64,000 bases of DNA from Hyaloraphidium curvatum SAG 235-1 (lineage: Eukaryota; Fungi; Monoblepharomycota): NCBI GenBank assembly GCA_025558095.1, contig JAIVFI010000021.1, forward strand, positions 186,001 through 250,000, given 5' to 3'. Below are positions 23,798-35,450 of the stretch, in pieces; position 1 is the stretch's first letter; the number at the start of each line of letters is the position of its first letter. The translations under genes and the position numbers were made by a program. The notes under the pieces are model-generated. The model saw only the letters and a list, made by a program, of their open reading frames with translations. It made no database searches and was not told the origin of the DNA.

Positions 23798-24694
23798 CTA
23801 GGATTGAGCACCTACCAAAGGCAAAACGATGACCTGCAACGGCAGGATAACGAGCCAGACGCAAATCATCCATCGTCGAACCTTCTTTCGGAACACAGGA
23901 TCATCTGGGCAAACGGCACACGGTAAGCGACAAAGCTTCGAAAAGTCCGTGTCCAGAAACCCACAGTATTCGGGTGGGAATCGCGTAAACTGGTTGTTGG
24001 ACGCAGCGCCGTCCCGGCTTGGTCTCCCGGCAGAGGTCGGAGACAGGCACGCCGCGTCGGTCAGGCTCGTCCTCGGCACGGCATCAAAGTGCAGCGGTGG
24101 CCCCGTCACGGTCACCGACGACGCGACCGCAACGATGTTCGGGCGCGTAAGCGATCCGATGGTTAGTTCCGCCACGGGTATCCTCGCGCCCTGCGACCGC
24201 AAGGGGAGGCGGGACGCGGTCGCACGGCTCGCGACGGGTCCGTGGACCTGCTGCGCCGCCAGAAACGCCTCCAAGTTCTCCACGGGCCGCAGGAGGAAGT
24301 TGATGTCCGTTGGCGGCCTCTGTGCCGCCGCGTCCGCGTACGAGGGAAGTTCCCCCGCGGCGGGCGGCTCAATGTCAAACGGAGAAAGCACAGCGTCCAG
24401 AGGATCTGGGCCTGCTATCGCAGGCGGTGGAGGAGCAGGAGCTCCATCGTCCGATTCAGGCTCCGATCCGTCCGCTAAAGATTCCTCGTCCGCGGTATGT
24501 CGGGTGTGGCGAGCAACCAGCTCTGCCGGTGACGCAAAAGACGAATACGATGGCGGAGGGCTTTGTCCGATATCGTCTCCCGTGCCATCAGGGCTCGTCA
24601 CGGGCGACACAGGTACCGGCACGGCGGTGATAGATTGCGAGACCTCGGGCCGCTCCGGGCCGGCTCCACCGCCGCTGCCCGGCGTAATGTCCAT
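23798..24694 (-). CDS. PY-motif membrane protein (possible Rsp5/NEDD4 adaptor)
   Basis: PPPSY and LPSY motifs; Cys-rich segment followed by a C-terminal TM helix (WMICVWLVILPLQVIVLPLV). Confidence 0.55.
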   Translation of the reverse strand: MDITPGSGGGAGPERPEVSQSITAVPVPVSPVTSPDGTGDDIGQSPPPSYSSFASPAELVARHTRHTADEESLADGSEPESDDGAPAPPPPAIAGPDPLDAVLSPFDIEPPAAGELPSYADAAAQRPPTDINFLLRPVENLEAFLAAQQVHGPVASRATASRLPLRSQGARIPVAELTIGSLTRPNIVAVASSVTVTGPPLHFDAVPRTSLTDAACLSPTSAGRPSRDGAASNNQFTRFPPEYCGFLDTDFSKLCRLPCAVCPDDPVFRKKVRRWMICVWLVILPLQVIVLPLVGAQS

Positions 24695-24766
24695 CTCCGC
24701 GTAGAGCCGGTTATTTAGACGAGCTCAAACGGAACTCCGGTCGGCAGTAGAGCCGCAGATCGTCAC

Positions 24767-25873
24767 ATGACTCCTGAGAAGGCGCGTCGCAATTTCGCGG
24801 TGCACCGAACAATCGGTGCGATGGGGCTCCTCTCCCTGCTGTGGACTGTTCTCGGGCTCCTGCCATCGCTTATGTGGCACGTGTGCTTCACGCTGCCGTG
24901 GCGATGGCTCTCGGACCGGTTCCGCGGGGCGGCGGAGCGCCAACGCCGGGCGGCCCGCGCCAGGCGCAAGAGCGTCGCCGAGGCCGGCAGCGGCCTGTAC
25001 GGCCTCGCCCACCGCGCGCTCAACTTCGAGGACCCGATGCACGAGTCGATGTGGCTGAACATGGGCCTGTGGCGCGGGGCGCACACCTTTGTCGGCGCCT
25101 GCGAGGACCTGGCGGACCTGGTGGCCCGAGCGGCCCGCGTCGGCCCCGGCTCCAGGGTCTTTGAGGCCGGCTCGGGCTGCGGCGACTCTAGTTTCCACAT
25201 TCTCACGGCGTTCCGCGCCCGGAGTGTGTTTGCAGTCACGCTCGAGCCCGTGCAGCACTACGTCGCCGTCAACCGGTCGCGGAAGCTGGGCCTCGAGGCC
25301 GGGACCAACTTCCTGTTTGGCGACGCTGCCGATCCCAACGACTGGACACCGACGCCCATCGAGGCGTGGGAAAACACTTTCGATGCCGCGATCTCTGTCG
25401 ACGCGGCCTACCACTTCGAGACGCGGCAAAAGTTCCTGCAGCTCGTGTTCGACCGCATCCTCCGGCCCGGCGGCCGCTTCGCCGCGGCGGACATCGTCGC
25501 CGGCCCCGGATTCCGGGACTACCTCGGCGACGGGACCGCGGGCCACCCCGTGTTCAGGGACGCGCTGCAGTACGCCTTCCGCGCGGCGCACCTGCCCTAC
25601 GAGAACCTGTGGGATGGCCCGCGGGAGTACGAAGAGCGGCTCCGGCGGATCGGCTTCGCGGAGGTGCGGGCCGAGGATATTTCCGAGGACGTCTTCCCGG
25701 GCTTCGTCAGGTTCCTGGACAGGTTCGCCGAGGCGTGGTCGCCGTCCGGGTTCGAGGAGAGGCTCGAGGTGCTCTACTTTGCCGCGGTCAGGGAGCTCAT
25801 CCGCTTCCTGCACCAGAAGCGGGTGCTGGCCTTCGTTCTGGTCAGCGGCAGGAAGCCCGTCGAGGCGGCTTGA
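24767..25873 (+). CDS. Class I SAM-dependent methyltransferase
   Basis: WLNMGLW, VFEAGSGCGDS (motif I), ISVDAAYHF, RILRPGGRFAAAD. Confidence 0.88.
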   Translation: MTPEKARRNFAVHRTIGAMGLLSLLWTVLGLLPSLMWHVCFTLPWRWLSDRFRGAAERQRRAARARRKSVAEAGSGLYGLAHRALNFEDPMHESMWLNMGLWRGAHTFVGACEDLADLVARAARVGPGSRVFEAGSGCGDSSFHILTAFRARSVFAVTLEPVQHYVAVNRSRKLGLEAGTNFLFGDAADPNDWTPTPIEAWENTFDAAISVDAAYHFETRQKFLQLVFDRILRPGGRFAAADIVAGPGFRDYLGDGTAGHPVFRDALQYAFRAAHLPYENLWDGPREYEERLRRIGFAEVRAEDISEDVFPGFVRFLDRFAEAWSPSGFEERLEVLYFAAVRELIRFLHQKRVLAFVLVSGRKPVEAA

Positions 25874-25984
25874 CCAAAAAAGAATCAATTATGATACCTC
25901 GGTTACGTGTCTCCTTTTCTAGTTCCGCCTTCCGACTCCACAAAGAATACCTTTCGCCTCTGCCCGCCCCAGCCCCGCCCGCCT

Positions 25985-27468
25985 TCACGCCGCCGGCTTT
26001 CGCAGGAGCATGAAGAACATCGGCGTGAAGATCTCGCGCCGGCCCCCCTCCACGAGGTTCCGCGCCGCGAGTTCCAGCACCTCGTGCGCCTTGACGGTGC
26101 CCGCCGGCGCGATGCGGAGGAGCTCGAGCGCCCGGGAAAGCTTGTCGGTCGCGGCGCTGCGGGACCGGATCAGCCTCGATCGGAACAACGGCGAGGCGAC
26201 GACGACCCACCGTCCCCAAGGCGCCATCAGAGCGCACTTGAAAAAGCCGTCAAAAGTCCTCTGGTACGAGTACTCGCCCGCCAGCACGGACCACCAGGGC
26301 TCCTGATCCCCGCGCGCGATCAGCCACCCAACGCCGCCCCACGCAGAAGCGGCACACCCACCTGCCCCGGCCCCATCTCCGCGAGATCCTCCGTCTCCAC
26401 CACCTCGAACCCCGCCTCGATCGCCGCCTTCACGGCGTCCTCCGTGCTCACCAGCTTGGGCAGCGAGTCCCCCTCCTCGATCCCCCTGATGATCGCCGCC
26501 TGCTCCGCGTCCGCGGGATCGTACCGCGCCGTCGTGCACCACTCGTAGTTGGCGTACAGCGCGCCGGGCTTGAGCACCCTGTGGATCTCCCTGAACACGC
26601 GGACGAGCGCGGGCGCGTGGCAGGTGGCCTCGATCGAGTATGCCGCGTCGAAGGAGCATTCGGCAAAGGGCATGGCGAGGAAGTCGCCGTGCTGCGCCGC
26701 GCACAAGGGGGAGAGGCCCGTCTGCGAGGCGTAGGCGTTTGTGCGGGCGACCTGGGCGCGGTTGTTGTTGATGCCGAGGATGGAGGCCGAGGTGAGGCGG
26801 GCGATGTTGCGCATGGGGCCGCCTGCCGGAAACGAGGGGTCAGAAGGGGCGGGGTGGGGTGAAGGAGGGGGAGACGCACCGACGCCGCAGCCAACGTCCA
26901 GAACCTTGGCTCCCTGTCGGCGGTGATCCCGGTCAGAACCGGCCCGCGGGCACCACCACAACAAAATCAAGCACCTTCTTGAGCCCCAGCTTCAGCGCGA
27001 GGTAGTCCTCGTGCCGCAGGATGCAGTTGCCGAAGCTGTCCCCCGTGAAAAGCCGGCAAAAGTGGAACGACTGGCCCCATCCGTATTCGTAGAAGCTGGT
27101 CGGGCGTAAAGGGGGGAGGGGAAGCGTCAGCGAGGCCGAATGGAGCTCGCGGAGGGGCAGACGCACTCGGTTACGAGATCGTAGACTTTGGTGGCAAACG
27201 CGGGGGGACGAAACGCGCCCGCGGGCGGCGGTCAGCTCGGTCCGCTCGCCGCGGTCGGAAATGCCTCACAGTGGTTCACCATGTCCCGCGATTTTTCCAT
27301 GCGGAGCTCCTCCCCGTGCCCGTTGGCGGTGGACCACATCTCCGAGTACGCGTCGGCGGTCTTCTTGTGCGTCTCCCCGGCATCGCCGGCTTTCTTCGAG
27401 GCGAACGACGAGAGGATGTTGGAGTAGGTCACCGCGCCGGCCGCGGAGCCGTTGCCGTCGGGCGCCAT
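25985..27468 (-). CDS. ERG6: Sterol 24-C-methyltransferase
   Basis: [53 protein letters not shown]; multi-exon with a 19-nt microexon at 27167-27185. Confidence 0.93.
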
Positions 27469-28065
27469 GGTGGGTGCGGTGCGGCGCGTCGTTTCTCCGC
27501 CACCGTGGCCGGCGGTCGGGAATCAAACGATCAGACCACCCACCAGCCCGCAAATCCCCCCTTGAAAATCGCTCCAGGGAAGCACCGTCCGCAACGAGGC
27601 ACGATCAGAACGGCATTTTTGCCTCTCGTTGTTGCTGGATGCAGAGATGCGCCTTTTCGTCGTCCGCATCGCCGCGAGGGCTCTGGTGATTTAGCCGGTG
27701 TCACTCGCGCAGCCTAAATGCCCGGCGCGCGGACGCGCACTTCCCGTCCCCATGGCGCGCGGAAAAAGAATGATGCAGCTCAGCTGCAAGCGATCCGTGG
27801 GATTTGGCTGCGAATTCGGAGCAGGACGCTGATGGAGCGATCTCACGGCGTCGACGAACAAGCGCGGCCCGGCAGCGCGGCAAAGCACCCTTCCCAGATG
27901 CAGTCGGAACTTATACGAACTGGTTGAGCGGTCCTAATTCTCCTGGCGTTGAATTCATTCGGGGAGAAGCCGCCCGTCGCCGCCTTGCGTGGCCGCTATA
28001 CATATGCCAGTCGATCAGAGCCAAGAAACGCGCTGTTGAACAACGCGTCGCTCACACAATCCGCG

Positions 28066-29982
28066 ATGCGCCTCGCTGAAGTCGAGTCCGGGCCCGAGCA
28101 CGGCGCGCTCGCATCGCTGCTGGGCGCGTCGCTGCTGCGGGCCGATGGCGCGGCGGAGCCCACCGCCGCAGCACTCGGCCACGCGTCGTTCGTGCTCCTC
28201 CTCTTCACCGCCGACCATTCCGTGTCGGGCCGCCGCATAGCGCCCGCCGTCGCCGCGTTCGCCCAGCGCCACGCCGAAAAATCCATCGCCGTCGTCGTCG
28301 CGCCCACCGACGCCGAGCCCGCCGCCGCGCTCTCCTCGCTCGCCGCGCTCGACCCGCCCGGCGCACACGCTGTGCCGCTGGAAGCGACCCCCCGCCTCGA
28401 GGCGCGCTTCGGCATCCGTGGCGTGCCCGCGCTCGTGGTCATCGACGCCGGCGGGGACGCGCTGTGCACCGACGCGCTGCCGAGGCTGCTCGAGGACCCC
28501 GCGGGCGAGGGCTTCCCGTGGGCTCGGAGAACGGTGTGGGAGGCAGTGGCGTCGGCAGGGCTGGCGAAGAAGATGGCCGACGGGAGCGAGGCCGAGGCCA
28601 CCGTGGAGGAGCTGCGGGCCGCGGACACGATCGCCGTGCTCTTCTCCGCCGACTGGTGCGCCCTGTGCCCGCCCCTCCACGCCCTCCACTCACCCGGTTC
28701 CCACCAACATTACAGGTCCCCGCCGTGCCGCGCCCTCCTCCCCTACCTCGCCCCCCTCCTCTCCCTCCCCTCCCCCCCGGCCCTCCTCCTCGTCCCCTCG
28801 GACGCCGACCCCCCCGGCCGCGCGCAGCAGCTCGCCCTCCTCCCCGCGGGAACCTTCTCCCTCCCGTGCGACCCCGACGCCGAAGCCGAGCTCGCCGACC
28901 TCCTCGGGGTCACCGGCATCCCCGCCCTCGTCGTCCTCCGCTCCGACGACGGCGCCGCGATCTCGCGGGACGGCGCCGAAAGGATCAAGCGCGACCCCGC
29001 AGGCTTCCCGTGGCCCCCCCGCGCCGTCGTGCGGATGGCCGACGCGTTCGCCGCCGACTCGCGCGGCGTCGTCGCGGCGTTCGAGGAGCTCCTGTCCCCC
29101 TCGGAGCTCGACGCGTTCGAATCCGTCGCCGCCTCGCGGCTGGGCGGCGCGTGGGTGTTTGCCCGCGCATCGGAGCCGGCGCACGACTGGGACGCCCAGG
29201 AAGGCGAGCCCGACGACGAGGCGGACGCGGTCAGGTCGCTGCACAGCTTCCTCACCCGCGCGTACGGGTACGCCGTCGCGCACGGCTCGGCGGTGGTCGC
29301 CATCGGGCCCGGCAGGAGGGAGGTCTGGGCGTGGCCGGTGGAGGGCACCGCGGGCGCCGTGCTGGGTGTCGCCGGGGAGGCGCAGAGGCCCGGGACGGGG
29401 GAAGTGACGGCCGAGAGCTTGGAGGGGTGGCTGGCGGGGATCGAGGACGGGGAGGTGGAGCCCGAGGCGCCGAGGGCGCTCGATACGGGCACGTCGTCGG
29501 AAGAAGAGGAGGAGGAGGTGGAAGGGAGCGGGGACGAGGACTCGATGTGGGAGTCGGAGGGGGACGAGGACGACGAGTACCCGCTCTCGGCGGCGGACCT
29601 GCAGCAGCAGATCTCCGCCTTGATTCTCGCGCAGGCCGCGCGGGACTTTGAAGAAGCCGGCGGGGAGGGGGGCGAAGCGCCCGGCGGGCCGGTCGGGGGC
29701 ATGCAGGGGCTGATGGAGATGCTCGGGTCGCGGCCGGGGGCGGTGATCGACCTGCGGGAGCTGCTGGCGGGCATGGAGCACGCCGGGATCGCCGGGGACG
29801 ACGACGAGGATGATCCCGAGGGCGAGGGCGTGCATTGGGAGATCGAGGTCGGGAGCGACGGAGGCGGAGAGGGAACGTGGGAGGTGCGGCGGGAGGACGG
29901 GATGTGGGAGGAGGTTCCTCAGGCGGACCGGCCGGCCGCGGGAAATGCTGGCGCGACGAAGCCCGACATGGGGGACGAATAG
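28066..29982 (+). CDS. Nucleoredoxin/tryparedoxin-like protein with tandem thioredoxin folds and an acidic tail
   Basis: Two repeats of LLLF(T/S)ADx...RFG(I/V)xG(V/I)PALVV...DPAG(EG)FPW; probable intron 28656-28715. Confidence 0.8.
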   Translation: MRLAEVESGPEHGALASLLGASLLRADGAAEPTAAALGHASFVLLLFTADHSVSGRRIAPAVAAFAQRHAEKSIAVVVAPTDAEPAAALSSLAALDPPGAHAVPLEATPRLEARFGIRGVPALVVIDAGGDALCTDALPRLLEDPAGEGFPWARRTVWEAVASAGLAKKMADGSEAEATVEELRAADTIAVLFSADWCALCPPLHALHSPGSHQHYRSPPCRALLPYLAPLLSLPSPPALLLVPSDADPPGRAQQLALLPAGTFSLPCDPDAEAELADLLGVTGIPALVVLRSDDGAAISRDGAERIKRDPAGFPWPPRAVVRMADAFAADSRGVVAAFEELLSPSELDAFESVAASRLGGAWVFARASEPAHDWDAQEGEPDDEADAVRSLHSFLTRAYGYAVAHGSAVVAIGPGRREVWAWPVEGTAGAVLGVAGEAQRPGTGEVTAESLEGWLAGIEDGEVEPEAPRALDTGTSSEEEEEEVEGSGDEDSMWESEGDEDDEYPLSAADLQQQISALILAQAARDFEEAGGEGGEAPGGPVGGMQGLMEMLGSRPGAVIDLRELLAGMEHAGIAGDDDEDDPEGEGVHWEIEVGSDGGGEGTWEVRREDGMWEEVPQADRPAAGNAGATKPDMGDE

Positions 29983-30168
29983 GTCCTTGCTGCCGCAGGT
30001 CGGCATCTTTCTCGGACACGTGGGACGCCTGGGACGTGTGGCATCTCTAGCGGATCTCTTCATGGCGAACAATAGCACTGAATCAACGTCGTCGACGCCC
30101 TCGCTCGAGCCCAACATCCTTCCCATCAGGTCACCATATCATCAGATCCCCCGGGCTTCCTCAGACCG

Positions 30169-31573
30169 TCAGATCCCCCCCGGCTCCATGAATCCCCCGC
30201 TGTCCTCCGTCTCCCCCACCACCAACCACCCCCCCTCCTCCTTGTCCTCCCTCCCGTCGTCCATCACCACCGCCCCCCTCCCCCCGTCCTGCCTGTACCG
30301 CCTGTCCGCGATCCTGCGCGTGTACACCGCCGAGCTCGCGGCGAGGTAGGCCAGCACCGAGGCCAGCGTGCCGGGCAGGTTGTAGATCCCCGCCACGAGC
30401 CCCGGGGGCAGGTCCGAGGTCGCGAGCAGGCGGACCAGCTTCCTTGCCAACGGCGGGCCGTGTGCGGCCGCGAGGGAAGCGAAGGCCACCGCGGCGCGCC
30501 CCGCGAGCCGGCCGGCGCCCAGCGCCGCGTCGGCGGCGGCGTGGGCGGCGGTGTGCGCGAGCGAGTCCCGGGGTTCCGCGGCGATGGGGGGGTAGGTGGT
30601 GCCGTCGGATGCGGATAGAGGGGTTTGGGAGGTGGAGGGGGTGGGGCCGGCGGCGAGCGAGGCCAGGGCCGAGATTGAAATGGCGGTCGCATTGCGGAGC
30701 TGCGGGTAGGCCTGGAAAGGAACGGGGCGGATGGGCCCGGATCAGATAAGACCGTTGCTGGCTGCAGCATAGGAAGGTTACCTCGCGCACGAGCCCCTCG
30801 ACGGCGCCCCGCACCGCGTCCACGCGCGCCCGCACGTCGTCGGACCACTCCTCCTCCCTGAATCCCCTGACCGCCTGCCACACGGACCGCGCCAGATCGG
30901 CCGCGAGCGGCGGCAGCCTCGACGCCGCCGCCGCGGCCGCCGAAGCGAGCGTCGACAGCTGCGCCAGCGCCGTCGGCGGGTCCTGCACCGCCTGGCGCGC
31001 CTCGTGCTCGGCCCACGCGTCCGGCCACCTGTGCACCGAGTTGGCCATGCCGTAGTACTCCTCGTAGTGCTTTGCCACGTCGTAGAAGTCGTCCCAGTCC
31101 ATCTCGGGTGCCGAGGGCGCGGTGTCGACGCGCGGAGGCGGCTCGCGGGGGACCACCTGCGGTGCGGCGGCCACCGAGGGCACCGACGGCACCGCCGGGT
31201 AGGCGGAGAAGGCGTACGGCAGCGGCGGGAAGTCCGCACGGTCCGCGAAGGAGCGCACGCTGTCGCCGTTCAGGGTGCCGTTCATGTCGCCGAACGAGAA
31301 TGCGGGGTCGGCGGGGTACAGCCGCGACGCCGCCGCCGACGCCGCGCCGCCGTCGGCCGACTCGGAGAGCAGCAGCGGGCGCGGGGCTGAGAGCTGCGCG
31401 GAAACGTCCCTCCCATCGCCCACGTCGGTCGCCGCCGGGGGCTCCTCCACCGCGACCTGCCCCCGCTCCTCCCGCCCGGCCTCCGCGCCGCCGACTTCGG
31501 CCGCCTCGGCGCGCTCGCGTCGCCGCTCCTTCTTGCGCTCGCGCTCACGCGGCCGCACGGCAACCGCTTCCAT
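30169..31573 (-). CDS. Hypothetical protein (spliced; exact model uncertain)
   Basis: Long ATG ORF with coding-like composition, intron ~30712-30781, hydrophobic C-terminal ORF 30169-30489. Confidence 0.5.
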
Positions 31574-31804
31574 GTCTGGTTGGTTTGGACAGTTCGGAGG
31601 TCACATGAGCGGCGGGACGCAAGCCCCGCGCCCTCCTCGCCATACCGCGCAGATGCGAAACAAAGGCGGCTTCAGCATAAAGCATTGTAAAGGAGATCCT
31701 CATATGCACATATGTACATCCGGCACCCGACCGCCAGCGGCCTCTACACCCACTCGACAAAGCCCACGTCTCCCTTCCCCGAGTCACCAACTCGTTCCAA
31801 AACA

Positions 31805-34023
31805 TCAGCTCACGAAACGACGGGTGGGATCCGCTGCCGGCCAGTACATCTTGAGGTCTGGCAGCTCGACGCAGGCATCTGCAGCGCCATTCCCGCCCCG
31901 GGCGGCCCAGCAGCTCAACCCAACAGCTTCCCCCTCGGCGTCGACAACCTCGTGCATCTCGGTTTCCGCAAACATCGACCTCCCCCGGTAATCGTCCTTG
32001 TGGTACGTCTCCCCGATTTTGACCTCGGAGCTGAAGGTGACCGCACGCTGCCTGCCAGACCCCGTCACGGATCGCAGCTTCGAGGCCGAAGGCACCGGCG
32101 ACCCGTCGTACGCCGTCGGTCCCTCGCTTCCGCCCTGCCACAAGTCCGACTCCCGGTCCCCGATCCCGGCCGCCAGCGAGTCGTCGTGGAACACCTTCCC
32201 CGGAAACGCCTGCGCGCGGCGGTCGGGCACCTCGGTCGCGCAGGCCCAGCACCCGCCCTCGGCCGCGTCCCCGTGCGGGCACACCCTCGCCACCACGCGG
32301 GCCATGCGCAGGCCGAGGAGGTCCGTGCGGGAAATGGCTGTCCGCTCCCCATCGAGGAAGGCCGCGATCGTGTCGGCCGTGGCAGCGCAGTGCGGCATCC
32401 CCGAGGCGCGAAGCACCGCGACGCACGCAGAAACATCGTCCAGCAGGGATGCGCAGCGCTCGAGGTCGGCGCTCGATTGGGCGCCGCTGCGGCAGGCGTG
32501 CCGGAGTTCGAGCAGGCGGATCCACGAGCCGTGCGTCGCGGCGATGCAGAAGATGATCGTGTACACACTCCCCTTGATCTGCTCCGGGGTTGAGCTGCGC
32601 AGGAAAGTGCGTATCCCCGTGCAAACCGCGTCCGCGGCCCGCGTGGCCGTCGCGTAGTTAGTCGAGGAGAACCAAACGCTCAGCTGCAGCGCGTTAAGGG
32701 CGCTCTCAACCGTGTCCGGGTCGCTTTCCGTGTTCGTCACCAAGGCGCTGCTCATCACCGACGATCCACTGTCCTCGGAATGCCTCTCGGGATGAGAGTG
32801 TTCGTACTCGACCTCCTCTGCGAGGTCGACGAAAGGCTCGGGCGAGACGCCGAGCATCCGGAGCATCTGCATGTGTGTGAGGAACCCGAGCGCCTCGTGC
32901 AGCCTGAAACCCTCCCCGAACATCGCTCGGAGTCCCGCCAGGTCCCCAGCACGGAACGGAGCGGCGACCGTGCGCGGCACCGCCGCCTCGAGCCCCGCCA
33001 TGGCCTCCCGCAGGCGCGCCATCCTGTGCACTGCGCGCTTTGCCAGGCCCCTCGTCGGCGCGGGCATTCGCCCCGCACACTCGGCCGCGAGCACCTCCGT
33101 CGTCGACATGCCGGCCTCCGCGGCGCACCACCTCGCCTGGCGGCCGTGCTCGAGGCCGGCAATGTGCACGAGCAGCTCGAGGTGCGGAACGCCGGTGTCG
33201 GGCAGGCCTCCGACCATCTGACGGAGCATGTCGTAGCCGTCGGGCGTGTCGAAGGAGTCCATCCAGCGGAAGGCGTCCGCGCAGGTGAATGGCAGGATGA
33301 GTTCGAGAGTGTGCTTGGGGATAGGGCCGTTCTGCCTGCTCAGGGCGGGACTTGGGAGATTGCGGTGATGGCACCCAACGGGCACCGTGGGGAATTCGAT
33401 GGACGGGTCCAGGAGGGGTTCCGTCCTTGTTTGCGAGGCGAGGACGCTGCGTGACGGGAGGGACGGGCCTGGTCAGGAGAGAACCGTGCCCGCAATTCAC
33501 GTCGCTGTACCCACAGCATGAAGCTGACGCCGACCCAGAACAGATCGAGCCACAATAACCAGACCAGGAGGTCGTCCACGGTCTCGAGCCGCGGCGGGGT
33601 CACGCCCCCCTCGCCCGGCACGCGGTCCCGGCGCCAGAGGCTCACCAGGACGCCCAGCAGGTTCCGCGAGGCGCCCGGCCGTGCCATCGTGGTCTCCACA
33701 AAAACGAGGGCGAGCACCACGGCGAGCTGCAGCGCCAGGGCGTCCTCGGTGTGGCCGGTGGCCAGTCGCGCGAGGCCGCGGCGGACTTCCTCGTCGAACA
33801 GCTCCTCGAGCACCGCCTTCTCGGGCGCCCCGAGCGTGAGGGCTCCCAGCCACCGCGCGGCTGCGACGACGGGGGCCGAGTTGTAGATTCTGTGGAAGGG
33901 CGAGCTGTCCGGGCCGTGCGGCGAGGCGCGTGCGGCCGCGAACAGCTCGGCACGTAGCAGCCGGCGGACGGGCGCCACCGCCGCCACAAAGGCCTCCTCG
34001 AAGGCAGCTGCTTTCGCAGGCAT
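31805..34023 (-). CDS. Family A copy A1: headless fungal-TF MHR-like protein with CPHG..CWAC motif and PP1-docking-like tail
   Basis: Exon 1 MPAKAAAFEEAF...FML, intron 33447-33514, exon 2 to stop 31805; near-identical to A6 (59084-61289). Confidence 0.8.
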
Positions 34024-34448
34024 TGCTCCGGTCTTGGCGACGTGAAGCCGGTTAGGGACAGATTCGATTGGGCGGGTGGGGGTCCCGAGGGAGATCGTGG
34101 AGACCGTGGTCTGGACAACCGGCGGCAATCACTTTTTCAGGGCAGTCCGGGTGGTTCCCGATTCCCGACACACCAATTTTTCCCATCGAACCGGTCCATA
34201 CCGCATCGCGGGGCACCGGCAACGCAGATCGTTGCCCGGGCGCCTTCGGAGAGCTAGGTGTCGCATCGTCACCCTGGTCCCGCCGGAAGCTTTCATTGAC
34301 ACCGGCACCTACGGTTCCCGCCGCCTGGACTCTTCTCTTTGGCCCCAACGGAGTCCGACCTTCGGAAACCGTGCGCAAACACCCTGAAACAAGCTCTGAC
34401 TCCCAGAATCTCGGGTTGCTTTGCCATCTCGTCACCCCCCACCGGCCG

Positions 34449-34918
34449 ATGACCGCCTCGCAGCCGGCGCAGTCCGACCGCCGCGCGCAGGCGTTTCCGG
34501 GGAAGGTGACCGCCGCGCGCAGGCGTTTCCGGGGAAGGTGTTCCACGACGACTCGCTGGCGGCCGGGATCGGGGACCGGGAGTCGGACTTGTGGCAGGGC
34601 GGGAGCGAGGGACCGACGGCGTACGACGGGTCGCCAGTGCCTTCGGTCTCGGAGCTGCGATCGGTGACGGGGTCTGGCAGGCCGCGCGCGGTAACCTTCA
34701 GCTCCGAGGTCAAAATCGGGGAGACGTACCACAAGGACGATTACCGAGGGAGGTCGATGTTTGCGGAAACTGAGGTGCGAGACGGCTTTGATGCCGTCGA
34801 CAGCGGCTTCGGGTGCACAAATCTTGCGGCGTCGCCTCTGGGCCGCAGGGATGCAGATACCTGCGGCCTCCCGGACCTTAGACCTTTCTGGTCTGACTTC
34901 GGATCTGCTTTGGTGTAA
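34449..34918 (+). pseudogene. Chimeric C::A gene (first 9 codons of a family C gene fused to the C-terminal tail of A3), frameshifted by a 32-bp tandem duplication
   Basis: ATG ACC GCC TCG CAG CCG GCG CAG TCC matches the C2 start (MTAQQPPQS); from 34478 it matches the A1 tail DRRAQAFPGKV...RAVTFSSEV...LPDLRPFW; duplicate units 34476-34507 and 34508-34539. Confidence 0.8.
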
Positions 34919-35450
34919 GCTTTCGCCGGTACCCCGTGCGCTGTGGTGGCGGGAGCGGGGCTCGGCAGCGGGCTGCACTCGAGGATCGGCGGACCGAAGA
35001 GTGCCGCGTCGGCATGCGGCACCGGCACCGGCCCCGGCGGGGGGAACATGGGCGCCGCCAGGCGCTCGGCGAGGCACGGGGTCGGGTCGTGCGCCGGGCG
35101 GCCCGGGATAGTGCGGGGCGGCGGCGAAGGTGACGGGTACGGCCCGAGGAGGGGCTCTGGTGCGTTGTATGTGCCCGGTGGATCGGATGGATGCAGCGCG
35201 AGGACGGGTCAGTTCCGACTGCCACGGGGTGGGCGGCACGCAGACACGCACCCCAGAAGTCCGCCGCGCCAAATGGAAGCAGCCAGCCTGCGCCGTCCCG
35301 CGTCCATGCGCCGGCGGCAAACGGGTCGGCGGCGCCGTCGGCGGAGGGCGACTCGCCGCCCGTGGCCAGCATCGGGCCGTCGCGCCGCACGGGCGGCAGG
35401 CCGCACTCGGAAGGGTCAGGGGGCTTCGGCTGCGTGGTAACAGGTGGCAT
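34919..35450 (-). pseudogene. Family B copy B0: N-terminal part of the bZIP gene, truncated before the bZIP domain
   Basis: PDPSECGLPPVRRDG..GAADFWG matches B2 exon 1 YDPTEWGLHPVRRGG..NAADAWG with the same GTGCGT donor; LGPYPS..LAAPMFP matches B2 exon 2; no basic region follows. Confidence 0.65.
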
